DNA of 63,064 bases, filler included, from Chiloscyllium plagiosum (lineage: Eukaryota), in assembly GCF_004010195.1 (NCBI RefSeq). It is 6 parts of 2 records of this genome, joined end to end, with 100 filler letters (N's around TTAATTAATTAA, not from the genome) between each part and the next. Parts side by side here need not be neighbours in the genome. Positions count along the whole stretch, not along the records: positions 1 to 19,566 come from NC_057716.1; positions 19,667 to 25,820 come from NC_057716.1; 4 more parts are not named here. One strand, given 5' to 3'. The notes beneath the pieces are model-generated. The model saw only the letters and a program-made list of their open reading frames with translations. It was not told the origin of the DNA and searched no databases. The position numbers and the translations under genes were made by a program. How positions within the stretch are numbered: position 1 is the first letter of the stretch; every line of letters begins with the position of its first letter. This document shows, piece by piece, positions 11,953 through 23,159 of the stretch.

Positions 11953-12586
11953 TGAGGATCTAAAATTTGAATTTAGGCAACAAAAATAGATTTTTATTAT
12001 AACAAAATGGTTTCTCGATGTAAAACAATACTATAAAATGGCCTGTGAAGCCTGTGAAGATTTGCAGAATTAAGTTGCAGTTCAAGGATAAGAGGACAAT
12101 AAAGTTTTTATAAGGTGAATACTGACACATTAATTGACCATTTGAACTAACCTTGAACTGATACATGGCATGATAATTTACGTAAATAAGATATCCTTCT
12201 TAAAAAAAAACCATTGGATTAGCCTGTCTTCAATCATATCACCATATTACAGTTGATTGGACTTTTTTGTAATTAAAAACCCATTCCCAGGAAATATCAT
12301 TGGATTAACTTGCTGTAAATCATGTCACCTTATTATATGCGATTTTCTTGTGATTAAGGTTGAACTATTACTAAAAAAATATAAATAGTGTGTAAGTTTC
12401 AAATGTAATTGCGCAACTTCACCACGGAACACAGAAGCTTCAATCTCAGTGTTGCTGGATCGAATCGCGTCAAGGTCCTTTAATTCAATAAACTAATGGC
12501 CCTTGCTTTTTGAACAGACCACATGTGTCGATTCTTTTCATCGATCTCGAACTAAGAAGCCCCTCTTGAAGGGTCTTAGATCTTCA
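11953..12586 (+). mobile_element. ERV-A complete LTR (634 bp)
   Basis: Starts TGAGGATCTAA, ends TTAGATCTTCA (10/11 terminal inverted repeat); AATAAA ~12487; homologous to 3603-4037. Confidence 0.9.
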
Positions 12587-12820
12587 GTTTGTTGCCGTGA
12601 CACGGTTTCGGCTCGGACAGATTGTGAAGCGGGGTGTAAGAGTTAAATGTCCTTCACTATTGAGTGTTGAGGAATTTGGCTGCCCAGATGTATTTTAAGA
12701 GTGTTTGGTTTTCCTCTCATTCAAATGGTGTCTGATGTGACCCCTCACTGTTTATTTTCCAGTTCAGCCCGAAAGGATTGGTCCGAGCAAGAGTTGGGTC
12801 TGGGGGACTTTTTAAAGGTT
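12587..12820 (+). mobile_element. Second ERV-A PBS + leader
   Basis: TGTTGCCGTGACACGG at 12590; leader matches 4038-4240. Confidence 0.85.
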
Positions 12821-12867
12821 TAAAAAGTGTGTGGCGGGGGAAATATTAGTTTGAGGGTGCTTTGGAA

Positions 12868-13046
12868 CTCTCCTTCCTTCTCTCCCTCCTTCCCCAACTT
12901 CACCCCTCTCCTCCGTCTCCTCTCCTTCCTCCACTCCTCCTCCCCATCATTAACTCCCCCTTCCCCGTCCTTCCTCCCCCTCCTTCCCCATCCGTCATTC
13001 TCCCCTCTCCCCTCCCCCTTCACCTCCCTCTCCGCTCCTTCTCCCC
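12868..13046. repeat. Polypyrimidine low-complexity tract running into a gap
   Basis: Almost pure C/T. Confidence 0.85.
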
Positions 13047-13828
13047 NNNNNNNNNNNNNNNNNNNNNNNNNNNNNNNNNNNNNNNNNNNNNNNNNNNNNN
13101 NNNNNNNNNNNNNNNNNNNNNNNNNNNNNNNNNNNNNNNNNNNNNNNNNNNNNNNNNNNNNNNNNNNNNNNNNNNNNNNNNNNNNNNNNNNNNNNNNNNN
13201 NNNNNNNNNNNNNNNNNNNNNNNNNNNNNNNNNNNNNNNNNNNNNNNNNNNNNNNNNNNNNNNNNNNNNNNNNNNNNNNNNNNNNNNNNNNNNNNNNNNN
13301 NNNNNNNNNNNNNNNNNNNNNNNNNNNNNNNNNNNNNNNNNNNNNNNNNNNNNNNNNNNNNNNNNNNNNNNNNNNNNNNNNNNNNNNNNNNNNNNNNNNN
13401 NNNNNNNNNNNNNNNNNNNNNNNNNNNNNNNNNNNNNNNNNNNNNNNNNNNNNNNNNNNNNNNNNNNNNNNNNNNNNNNNNNNNNNNNNNNNNNNNNNNN
13501 NNNNNNNNNNNNNNNNNNNNNNNNNNNNNNNNNNNNNNNNNNNNNNNNNNNNNNNNNNNNNNNNNNNNNNNNNNNNNNNNNNNNNNNNNNNNNNNNNNNN
13601 NNNNNNNNNNNNNNNNNNNNNNNNNNNNNNNNNNNNNNNNNNNNNNNNNNNNNNNNNNNNNNNNNNNNNNNNNNNNNNNNNNNNNNNNNNNNNNNNNNNN
13701 NNNNNNNNNNNNNNNNNNNNNNNNNNNNNNNNNNNNNNNNNNNNNNNNNNNNNNNNNNNNNNNNNNNNNNNNNNNNNNNNNNNNNNNNNNNNNNNNNNNN
13801 NNNNNNNNNNNNNNNNNNNNNNNNNNNN

Positions 13829-14120
13829 TTTTGATCGATCTCGAACCAAGAGGCCCCTCTTGTAGGGTTTTAGATTTTCAGTTTGTTGCCGTGACACGTT
13901 TTCGGCTCAGACAGATTGTGAAACGCGGTGTAAGAGTTAAATGTCCTTCACTGTTGAGTGTTGAGGAACTTGGCTGGCCAGACGTATTTTAAGAGCGTTT
14001 GGTTTTTCTCTCATTCAAATGGTGTCTGACGTGACCCCTCGCTGTTTATTTTCCAGTCCAGCCCGAAAGGATTGGCCTTAGCAAGAGTTGGGTCTGGGGG
14101 ACCTTTTTAAAAAAGGTTTA
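13829..14120 (+). mobile_element. Third ERV-A U5 end + PBS + leader
   Basis: U5 ends TAGATTTTCA at 13880; PBS TGTTGCCGTGACACG at 13884; leader closely matches 12587-12820. Confidence 0.85.
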
Positions 14121-14624
14121 CATGAAGTGGGGGGAAGGGGGGTAGGATTAGATCATCATCATCGTCATCTCCTCCTCCCAGCCCTTGTGTCTATTCACTG
14201 CCCTCACATCACCCCCCCCCCTCCCCACTCCAGCCCTCTGATCCCACTCCCATCCTTCCCTTTCCATGCTCTCCCTCTCTCCATCTCTCTTGCCCCACAC
14301 TCTCTCCGATTCCAGCCTCTGTCTCTGAAATGTGGTCGCTCCCATCATTTTGTAAACCTGACCCGTCACATCGCAGCCTTGAGGGTTTAAAATGATGGGA
14401 CGGTCTGGAGAGATTGAGGTGGAAAGGGGGCAGACTCAGAGTCAGGAATGGTGATGGAGAGAGGGAACGAGAGAGAGACAGAGGAAGGCAGAAAGAAAGA
14501 CCCAGACTATGGACAGAGAAAGGCAGGGAGACCCAGTCTGAGGGAGGTGCAGAGAGACGGAGATGGACAGAGCAAGACAAAGAAAATGTAAAATCCAAGC
14601 CTCTGTAAACTACATTTTGACACA

Positions 14625-14742
14625 GAGCCACTTGTTGCAATGTGGGAGACTCTGCAGGTGATTTGAGACACAGCAAGTTCCCACAAATAGCAGTGTGACC
14701 ACAGACAGATTGTGTTTCACTGACGCTGCTTAAGGGATCAGC
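14625..14742 (-). mobile_element. Possible Deu-SINE (SacSINE1/AmnSINE1-like) remnant
   Basis: CACTTGTTGCAATGTGGGAG..CACAGCAAGTTCCCACAAATAGCAGTGTGA resembles my recollection of the antisense Deu domain. Confidence 0.45.
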
Positions 14743-14771
14743 TCTGCCTCCAAGATAACAAAGATCCTGCT

Positions 14772-14916
14772 TTGGAGATGCCAGTGTTGGACTGAGCTGT
14801 ACAAAGTTAAAAATCACACAACACCAGGTTATAGTCACCTGATGGAGTATCGCTCCGAAAGCTGGTGTGCTTCCAATTAAACCTGTTGGACTATAACCTG
14901 GTGTTGTGTGATTTTT
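14772..14916. mobile_element. Short Penelope-pLTR-derived fold-back insertion with hammerhead-like core
   Basis: Perfect 30-bp inverted repeat 14807-14836 / 14889-14918; 12-bp TSD AAAGATCCTGCT (14760-14771 / 14917-14928); CTGATG-GAG..CTCC-GAAA between the arms. Confidence 0.8.
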
Positions 14917-15769
14917 AAAGATCCTGCTGTTTGACAAATTTATACCACTTGCCACATTCGCTTTTTCTCATGCTTTCTCTCTCCACCCCTCACTTCTCCA
15001 TCTGTAACCTTTTTCTCTCTACTAATCAATCTTGGACTTAGTAATCGTTATCTCACCATTTAAAAAACAGCAGCGTTTATATTTGACAATATCCCCTTTT
15101 ATAAACTGGGGCACTATTTCCCAGCAATCTCTGTGCCAGCAATGCTTTGGGCCATTGACGCACAGGGACATTCCACAGGGTACTCCCTTCCTGCTCCAGA
15201 ATGTGCTCAAATCCCACTTTTCTACCCAGCAAGAGACTGTGGATTTCTTTAGGCCACTTTTTAAAAAAAAAAATCACCCCCTCTGACTCAGGCGTTAACT
15301 TTGTGAATGGCAGTTTCTGGAAGGAAGTGATTGTAGCTTGGCGGTGATGGGATATTGGAGAGCCCCGTTCTCTTCCCCCGCCCCACCTCTCCCAGCTCCT
15401 GTCTCCCTTTCCCAGCCCAACTACAACGACATCTTATCCCTCTAATGCTCCCTCCTTCACACACTCTCTCTCTCTCCCTTTGTTGGCATCTTGTGTTTTT
15501 ACCCCTTTGTCTCAAAAACAATGACTGTGTGCTGCAACATATTTCCATCTCCCCCACTTCAAATAACCACGAGTCACATTGCTGTGTGGGACGGTTTTAT
15601 TTGTTTAAAATATCAACAAGAAAGCAAGCTGGAGAGGGTGTGAGAGAGGGGACAGAAACAGAGATGCCCCTCCCAGATACTCAGGGAACTGAATTGAAAT
15701 GGCCAACCTGTGTCTTATTTATGTAATGGTCACATTTGATCACCCAGGCCTGTACACATCTCATATTAC

Positions 15770-16812
15770 TCTGACATTAGAACAAGTCTTTGGAGAGAGC
15801 TTCCCATTTAAGGTTTTAATTCTCTCCTTGGGGAGACCAGTCTGTCAGACATTCACTGGGGATTGATGTGCTTGAATCAAATCCCAGGGCCCCGGTTACT
15901 TTAAGGAGGAAGTGGGTACTGCAGATGCTGAAGAATAGAGTTAAGATCCGAGTGGTGCTGGAAAAGCACAGCAGGTCAGGCAGCATTCGAAGAGCAGGAA
16001 AATTGATATTTCGGGCAAAAGCCCTTCATCCTGTTTTAAAAACGACAGGGCCGCAATCCGACAGGAGCCAGTTAATCAGAGGCCTCTAAAACCCAGGGTC
16101 CCCCAGAGGAGATTAAGCCTCGGGGTAAATAAACATACAACTCACGTGAGCCCCCAGGGGGTGCAGCCTGTCGACCAGGCCTCAGGCCCATGCTCCCCCT
16201 CTGGAGGTTGTTCTTTTCTGGCCTCAAATATTTTGGATCTTCACATTGCAGCTTTCCAAACAAAAGTCCTCGACATAAAAGAGAGAAAAGTTTAGTTGAA
16301 TGGGGGAGCGAGAGCATTTTAAAGGCAAGTTACACAGCAGGATCCCAGGTTTAAAAGCACCCCCGCCCATACCCAATGTATTAATATATCTAACAGTCAG
16401 CAATTCGGATGGAACATGGTGTGGGAGCAGATCTTACCAGGGATTGGAGGAGGATAGTGAGGGAGAGACATAAGATTATCAAACTCTGCAGTGACCTGGG
16501 ATCAATTACCTTTTACTGAAAACAGTTCCCAACTTGTATGTGCCTGTAGCTCCCTCCAGTCTGAAACCCTCATTACCCTCCATGCGGTCTCTGAGCCAAT
16601 AGCATATTAATTCTGTTACTGACCTTTCAGTCCCACGGACATCACTTTTTCCTCACAATTCCAATTGGGAACCTTCTCTCATCCACATGAAGGAACTGGA
16701 CCCTAACAATTCAATTTATACTAGGAGATAATGAGGACTGCAGATGCTGGAGACCAAAGTTGCATTTATATTGTCTCCCATCAATCTTCATAGGATCCAT
16801 ATTGCAGAGGTT
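15770..16812 (-). repeat. Low-copy cassette, copy 1 (inverted relative to 22210-23060)
   Basis: Reverse complement aligns with 22210-23060; the spurious ORFs FGKLQ[CR]EDPK..RGS[MT]GLRP appear in all copies. Confidence 0.9.
15905..16030 (-). mobile_element. Penelope-pLTR-derived SINE-like element with partial hammerhead
   Basis: GTGCTGGAAAAGCACAGCAGGTCAGGCAGCAT motif; minus strand reads GATGA-AGGGC-TTTT-GCCC-GAAA. Confidence 0.7.
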
Positions 16813-18009
16813 AAACAGTGTTCCCAGCAAACACTCCCAAAGCAGAGGGAGCACAGGCTTCCATACAAAGGCTGATTAAAAATAAAAATAATTAAAGCAG
16901 GACCAAGATAAACTAACTTCAATCTGACAGGTATGGTTTATTATATAAAGTGAAGAAATATGTTTAAAGAATGGAAAGGACTGCCAAAGCCTTGCCCAAA
17001 GATTGGAACATAATAATTGTACAGCATTGAAATACACTGAATTGGATACCAGGCAGAATAGATCAACTGTCACTTTGCAGCAGCAATCATGTTTGGAAAA
17101 TGTTTGCTCCATTCTTATTAGTTAAAGTTGGGCTTCAATAAAGATGCAGCAGCTTTCAAAAGGCAGAAATGGAGAGACTCTGAACTTTAATTGTCCAGCT
17201 GAATTAACTGGGCACTCAAACTAGGCCATATGCCCGAAGTCCCAGAGTGGAGTAAAATGATGAAATATATTATTTGAATAAACAATTGAAAAAAAAATTA
17301 AACACAGCAATTCAAAAAAGACTTCCACCTGGGAGATGCCGGGAATATGAAACTTTTTTTTTTAAAGTGACGCATCTAATGCAAATCTTTGTGATGGTTT
17401 CAACTGCAAGGAATCTTCAAATTGTTCTTATGAAAAAGGAAAGTAAATGTTGCCCTATAATTTGGGAAGCTCAAACTATCAGAAGAGTTATATACAGTAT
17501 CTCCACAGAAAAGACTCTTATTCTCAGTGAGGAAGGAAGTACAGCATTTTTCCAAATAAACATATCAGACGTAATTCCAAGAAGGGATTCAGCAGCAATC
17601 CCCATTGAGTACTACGTTGATAATAAGTCACCAAGGGATAATGTATATTCAACAAAATAGGAGAAACAACAAGTTTTGAAATAGATGCTGGAGAATGGAA
17701 AGACCTCCAAATTTTACTGTGCATAAAATTGGAATACAATCAGTTGTCATTTTGTAGGTTTGTTCTATTACGAGAGAATGACTTATTTACAAAGTCAAAG
17801 GGGAACATATATTCATCTAAAATGGTCTAAAGGAACATTTGTGCCCTAATGAAATGAGAGAATGAGCAATGGATGTACTATTGAAAAGTTAATTAGGTAT
17901 GAATTGAGAAAATAAATACAGGGAGTTAGTATTGGAGGGAGAGGGGGCAAACTGAAATGAAGCTCTCAAATAAATGGTGATTGAAAAGTTATCTATTGGA
18001 ATATAACAC

Positions 18010-19565
18010 CTGGCCACAACGCCTCAAACCTCACTTTCCATCCACCAACTTTCACCAACCTCACCTCCTCTGGCAACTTTGCCCCATCACCATGGACACA
18101 CAGGTCCTTTACACCCGTGTCCCTCACATGGAGGGCCTAAAAGCCCTTCACTTCTTCCTTTCCCATTGGCCTAATCAGTCCCTCTCCACTGACACTCTCA
18201 TCCACCCAGCGGAACTGGTCCTCACCCTAACAACGTTTCATTTGGTTCCTCCCATTTCCAACAAACCAAAGAAGTGACCATGGACTTCCACATGGGCCCA
18301 AGCTATGCCTGCCTCTTGGTCGGATTCATGGAACAGTCCCTCTTCCACAACGACACCAGCACCATCCCTCACCTCTTCCTCCACTATATTGATGACTGCA
18401 TCAGTGCTGACTCGTGCTCCTGGGAGGAGCTCAAACAATTCATCAACTTCACCAACACCTTCCACCCCACCCTCAAATTCACCTGGGCCATTTCTAACAC
18501 CTCCATCCCTTCCAGGACCCCTTGGTCTCCATCTTCATCAACCCACTCATCACTGACATCTATTTCAAATCCACTGACTCCCACACTATCTCACCTACAC
18601 CTCCTCTCACCCACACTCTAACAAAAATGCTATCCCATACTTCCAATTCCTCCACCTCCTTTGCATTAGCTCCCAGGATGAGGTGTTCCACTCCAGGACA
18701 CCTCAGATATCCTCCTACATCAGAGATCACAGTCTCCCCTCCTCAGTAATTAAGGATGCTCTCAACCCCATCTCCTACATTTCATTTGCCGTCAAACCCC
18801 CTTCCCCCACCCCAACAATAAGGATAGAATCCCCTTGGTCCTCACATACCATCCCACCAACCTTTGAATCCAACACATCATTCTCTGACATTTCCACAAC
18901 CTACAATCAGACTCCACCAAAGTAATTCTCTTCCCCATCCTGCAGAAAGTCACCCCACGACTCCGTTAACTCTATACAAACCACCACCTGCTCCACCACA
19001 CCCGATATCTTTCCCTGCAACCCCAAGAGGTGCAACACTTGCCCAGACACATCCCCTCTCACCAAGGCCCTAAACAATCCTTCCAGATCTCACAGATTCA
19101 CCTGCACTTCATCCAACTTCACCTATTGCATCCATTGCTCCTAATGCTGTCTCCTCTATATCAGGCAGCCCAAATACAGACTTGGAGACGGGTTTGCAGA
19201 GTATCTGCGCTGTGTACACATCAACCAACCCAACCTTCCGTTACCTTCCATTTTTGCTCTCCGTCCCACTCCCCCAGTGACATGTCCATCCATAGCCTCC
19301 TCCACTGTCTAGAGGATCAACACCTGATATTCCACTTGGGAAGCTTACAGCCCAATGGCCTCAACATCAACTTCATCAGCTTCAAACTCCCTCCTCCCCC
19401 GGCCTTATCCCAAGTCCAGCTCTAGCCCCATCCCTCCTCACCTCCCTGACCTAACCTGTCTCCCCTCCTATACACCTCCCCTTCCCAATCAGTATAACCC
19501 CCTCCCTGCCTCCCCCTCTCACCATCCCCCCGCCCCAGCCCCTCCCCCCATTTACTTCTCGCCTC
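18010..19565 (+). mobile_element. Degraded Penelope-like element (RT + GIY-YIG), paralog of 1520-2352
   Basis: MGPSYACLLVGFMEQ...LHYIDDCI...FINFTNTFHPTLKFTW; C-terminal EDQHLIFHLGSLQPNGLNINF; many frameshifts. Confidence 0.88.
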
Positions 19566-19610
19566 ANNNNNNNNNNNNNNNNNNNNNNNNNNNNNNNNNN
19601 NNNNNNNNNN

Positions 19611-19622
19611 TTAATTAATTAA
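19611..19622. other. Artificial contig linker TTAATTAATTAA in an N-run (also 25865, 35459, 51158, 57214)
   Basis: Identical 12-mer centred in ~100-nt N blocks; encodes stops in all six frames. Confidence 0.9.
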
Positions 19623-19666
19623 NNNNNNNNNNNNNNNNNNNNNNNNNNNNNNNNNNNNNNNNNNNN

Positions 19667-20124
19667 TCAGACTGGAGGGAGCTACAGGCACATACAAGTT
19701 GGGAACTGTTTTCAGTAAAAGGCAATTGATCCCAGGTCACTGCAGAGTGTAATAATCTGATGCCTTTCCCTCACTATCCTCCTCCAATCCCTGGTAAGAG
19801 CTGCTCCCACACCATGTTCCACCCTAACTGCTGAGTGTGTCAGACACATTGATACATTGGGGATGGGCGGGGGTGCTTTTAACCCTCGGATCTTGCTGTG
19901 TAACGTGCCTTCAAAATGCTTTCGCTCTGCCTTTCAACTAATCTTTTCTGTCTTTTATCCCGAGAAATTTTGGTTTGGAAAGCTGCAACGTGAAGATCCA
20001 AAATGTTCGAGGCCAGGAAAGAATAACGTCCAGAGGGGGAGCACGGGCCTGAGGCCTGAGGCCTAGTCGACAGGCAGCACCCCGTGGGGGCCCATGTGAG
20101 TTGTGTGTTTATTTACCCTGAGGT
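19667..20124 (+). repeat. Low-copy cassette, copy 2 (truncated by CR1)
   Basis: Near-identical to ~22413-22865. Confidence 0.9.
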
Positions 20125-20800
20125 TTATAGCTCCTTGAAAGTGGAGACCCAGGTAGATGGGATAGTAAAGAAGGTGTTTGGAATGCTTTCCTTTATTGGT
20201 CAGAATATTGAGTACAGGAGTTGGGAGGTCATGTTGCAGCTATACAGGACATTTGTCAGGCCACTGTTGGAATGTTGCATGCAATTTTGGTCTCAGAAAG
20301 ATGTTGTGAAACTTGAAAGGGTTCAGAACAGATTTACAAGGATGGTGCCAGAGTTGGAAGATGTGAGCTATAGGGAGAAGTTGAATAGGCTAGGGCTGTT
20401 TTCCCTGGAGCGTCAGAGGCTGAGAGGGTGACCGTACACAGGTTTATAAAATCATGAGGGGGATCGACAAGGTAAATAGACAAAGTATTTTCCCTTGGGT
20501 GGGGGAGTCCAGAAATAGAGGGTGTAGGTTTAGGGTGAGAGGGGAAAGATTATAAAAGAGACCTAAGGGTTAACGTTTTCATACAGAGGGTGGTACATGT
20601 ATGGAATGAGCTGCCAGAGGATGTGGTGGAGGCTGGTACAATTGCAACATTTAAAAGGTATCTGGATGGGTATATGAATAGGAAGGGTTTTGAGGGATAT
20701 GGACCGGTTGCTGGCAGGTGGGAGTAGCTTGGGGTGGGATATCTAATCGGCGTGGATGGGTTGGACCGAAGGGTCTGTTTCCGTGACTCTATGACTCTAA
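20125..20800 (+). mobile_element. CR1 LINE 3' end
   Basis: SLKVETQVD..VKKVFGMLSFIGQNIEYRSWEVMLQLYRTFVRPLLE..LFSLERQRLRG; 3' UTR ending in (GACTCTAT)n. Confidence 0.92.
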
Positions 20801-20929
20801 GTACTGGTGTGCAGGAGTACTTGACCCAGTAATGCAGGGCCCTGGTCTCGGTCTCTGCACACACACAGTTACTGAAGGACAAGGTATAACAGAATAACAT
20901 GAGTATTTTCAAATATAAAGCTCCGTTAA

Positions 20930-21102
20930 ACAATCCTGGGAGGGCAGTGTAGAGGGAGCGTAACTCTGTATTTAACTCTGTGCTGTCCCTGTCCTGGGAG
21001 GGGTTGATGGGGACAATGTAGAGGAAGCTTTACTATGTATCTAACTCTACCCAGTCCCTGCCCTAAGAGTGTTTGATGGGTCAGTGTAGGGGGATCTTTA
21101 TT
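20930..21102. repeat. ~67-bp satellite (CTCTGTATCTAACCCCGTGCTGTCCCTGTCCTGGGAGTGTTTGATGGGGACAGTGTAGAGGGAGCTTTA-type), left part
   Basis: ~3 diverged tandem units. Confidence 0.8.
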
Positions 21103-21103
21103 C

Positions 21104-21740
21104 TGGAACATAGGGACAGGAGGAGGCCATTCAGCCCCTTGAGCCTGTTTCATCATTCAGTGGGATCATGGCTGATCTGTGGCCGAACTCCACATTCCTT
21201 CCTTTGACCCATATCCCTCAATATCTTCACTGAACAAAAATGTATCTCTCTCCGGTTTAACCTGAACGACTGATCCAGCATCCACTGCGGTTTGTGGAAG
21301 AGAGTCCCAAACCTCTCCCACCCTTTGTGTGTCAAAGTGCTTCCTACCATCTCTCCTGAATGCTCTGGGCTCTCATTCTCAGACTCTGCTCCTTCTCGGT
21401 CTAGAATCTCCAACCAGTGGGAATCGTTGATCTTGATCGATCCTGTCTCATCCTGTTTATACCTTGAAGGCTTTGATCAGATCACCCCTTAACTTTCTCA
21501 ATTCTGGAGGAAAACGGCCTCATTTGTCGAGTGTCCCCTCAGAATGTAACCCCTGAGATGCAGGATCATTCTTGTAAACCTCCTTTATGTTCCCTCTCTG
21601 TACTCCAACCTGATACCCACACACTTGCTTGCTCTGAACTCCATCTAACACAGCTTTGCCCATTCACCCAGTCTATCAATATTCCTTTGTAATGTTAAGG
21701 TACCATCTGCACTGTCTACAATGCTGCCTAACTTTGTACC
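21104..21740 (-). mobile_element. Old CR1/L2-group LINE 3' remnant splitting the satellite
   Basis: GGAACATAGG..CAGGAGGAGGCCATTCAGCCCCTTGAGCCTG tail; antisense RT-like segment near 21600-21740. Confidence 0.7.
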
Positions 21741-22208
21741 TAACCCCCTGCTGTCAATATCCTCTGCATGTTTGAAAGGAACAGTGTAGAGGGTTCTTTA
21801 CTCTGTATCTAAGCCCATGTTGCCCCTATCCTGGGAGTGTTCGATGTGGGCAGTATGGACAGATCTTTACTCTGTTTATAACCCCATTCTCCCCAGACTC
21901 TGAGAGATTCAGATGGAGAAAGTGTAGAGGGACACATCCTCTGTTATCTAACCCAGTGATGGAACTGCCCTGAATGTGTTTGATGTGAACAGGATGGGGG
22001 AAGTGGGAGATTTAATCAGTGCCTAACACCACACTGAACATGGCCTGGGAATGTGAAAAGCTGTAGTGTACGGGAAGATTTACTCTGTATCTAACCCCAT
22101 TCTCTACATGCCCTGGAGATTTGAATGGGTACAGTTTAATGGGAGCTTTATTTTGTATAGAACTCTGTGCTCCCTCTGCCCTGGGAATGTTTGCCAGGAA
22201 CATTGTAT
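21740..22208. repeat. ~67-bp satellite, right part
   Basis: ~7 diverged units with TACTCTGTATCTAACCCC and GTGTTTGATG cores. Confidence 0.8.
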
Positions 22209-22209
22209 A

Positions 22210-23060
22210 ACCTCTGTGATATGGATCCTATGAAGATTGGTGGGAGACAGTATAAATGGAATTGTCAGGGTGCCATTCCTTCACGTGGATGAGAGAAGGT
22301 CTCCAATTGGAATTGTGAGGAAAATTGGTGCCTTTGGGACTGAAGGGTCAGTAACAGAATGAATACACCATTGGCTCAGAGACAGGAGACAGGATAGAGG
22401 GTAATGAGGGTTTCAGACTGGAGGGAGCTACAGGCACATACAAGTTGGGAACTGTTTTCAGTAAAAGGCAATTGATCCCAGGTCACTGCAGAGTGTAATA
22501 ATCTGATGCCTTTCCCTCACTATCCTCCTCCAATCCCTGGTAAGAGCTGCTCCCACATCATGTTCCACCCTAACTGCTGAGTGTGTCAGACACATTGATA
22601 CATTGGGGATGGGCGGGGGTGCTTTTAACCCTCGGATCTTGCTGTGTAACTTGCCTTCAAAATGCTCTCGCTCTGCCTTTCAACTAATCTTTTCTGTCTT
22701 TTATCCCGAGAAATTTTGGTTTGGAAAGCTGCAACGTGAAGATCCAAAATGTTCGAGGCCAGGAAAGAATAACGTCCAGAGGGGGAGCACGGGCCTGAGG
22801 CCTAGTCGACAGGCAGCACCTCGTGGGGGCCCACGTGAGTTGTGTGTTTATTTACCCTGAGGTTTAATCTCCTCTGGGATGGGGCCCTGGGTTTAAGGGG
22901 CCTCTGGTTAACTGGCTCCTGTCGGATTGCGGCCCTGTCATTTTTAAAACAGATTTGAAGCCTGGGGTTAAAGTATGTTAATCCCCAAAATCTGAGAGGC
23001 AGGACTCCCTGAGGGAGAAATTAAAACCCAAATGTTGTGACCCTCTCTAAAGACTTCTCA
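22210..23060 (+). repeat. Low-copy cassette, copy 3; promoter-like motifs
   Basis: Homologous to 15770-16812 (rc) and 19667-20124; contains GGGCGGGGG, two CACGTG, CCAGAGGGGGAGCAC and a local CpG cluster. Confidence 0.8.
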
Positions 23061-23159
23061 TAAAGTTTAGCGTAATGTGGGTTATGGAGGGAGGCAGGAT
23101 CAGAAAATTGGACGGCCGTATGTGTGCTTTGGACAGGACCATGGGGCAGTGAGGGTTCA

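Noticed and set aside
14807..14918. piggyBac-type MITE (TTAA at both ends)
   Set aside because: The TTAA is part of the inverted arm, the insertion extends 35 bp beyond the left arm to a 12-bp TSD, and the arm matches a Penelope end at ~43060
17274..17660. 128-aa ORF, vaguely env-SU-like at its end
   Set aside because: Non-ATG start, no recognisable motif and no supporting retroviral context
19611..19622. Recurrent TTAATTAATTAA palindrome as a biological motif
   Set aside because: Always centred in fixed-size N blocks; an assembly linker
16072..22860. Three similar small ORFs (FGKLQREDPK..RGSTGLRP) as a gene family
   Set aside because: Starts, stops and frames are not conserved between copies; similarity is explained by DNA duplication
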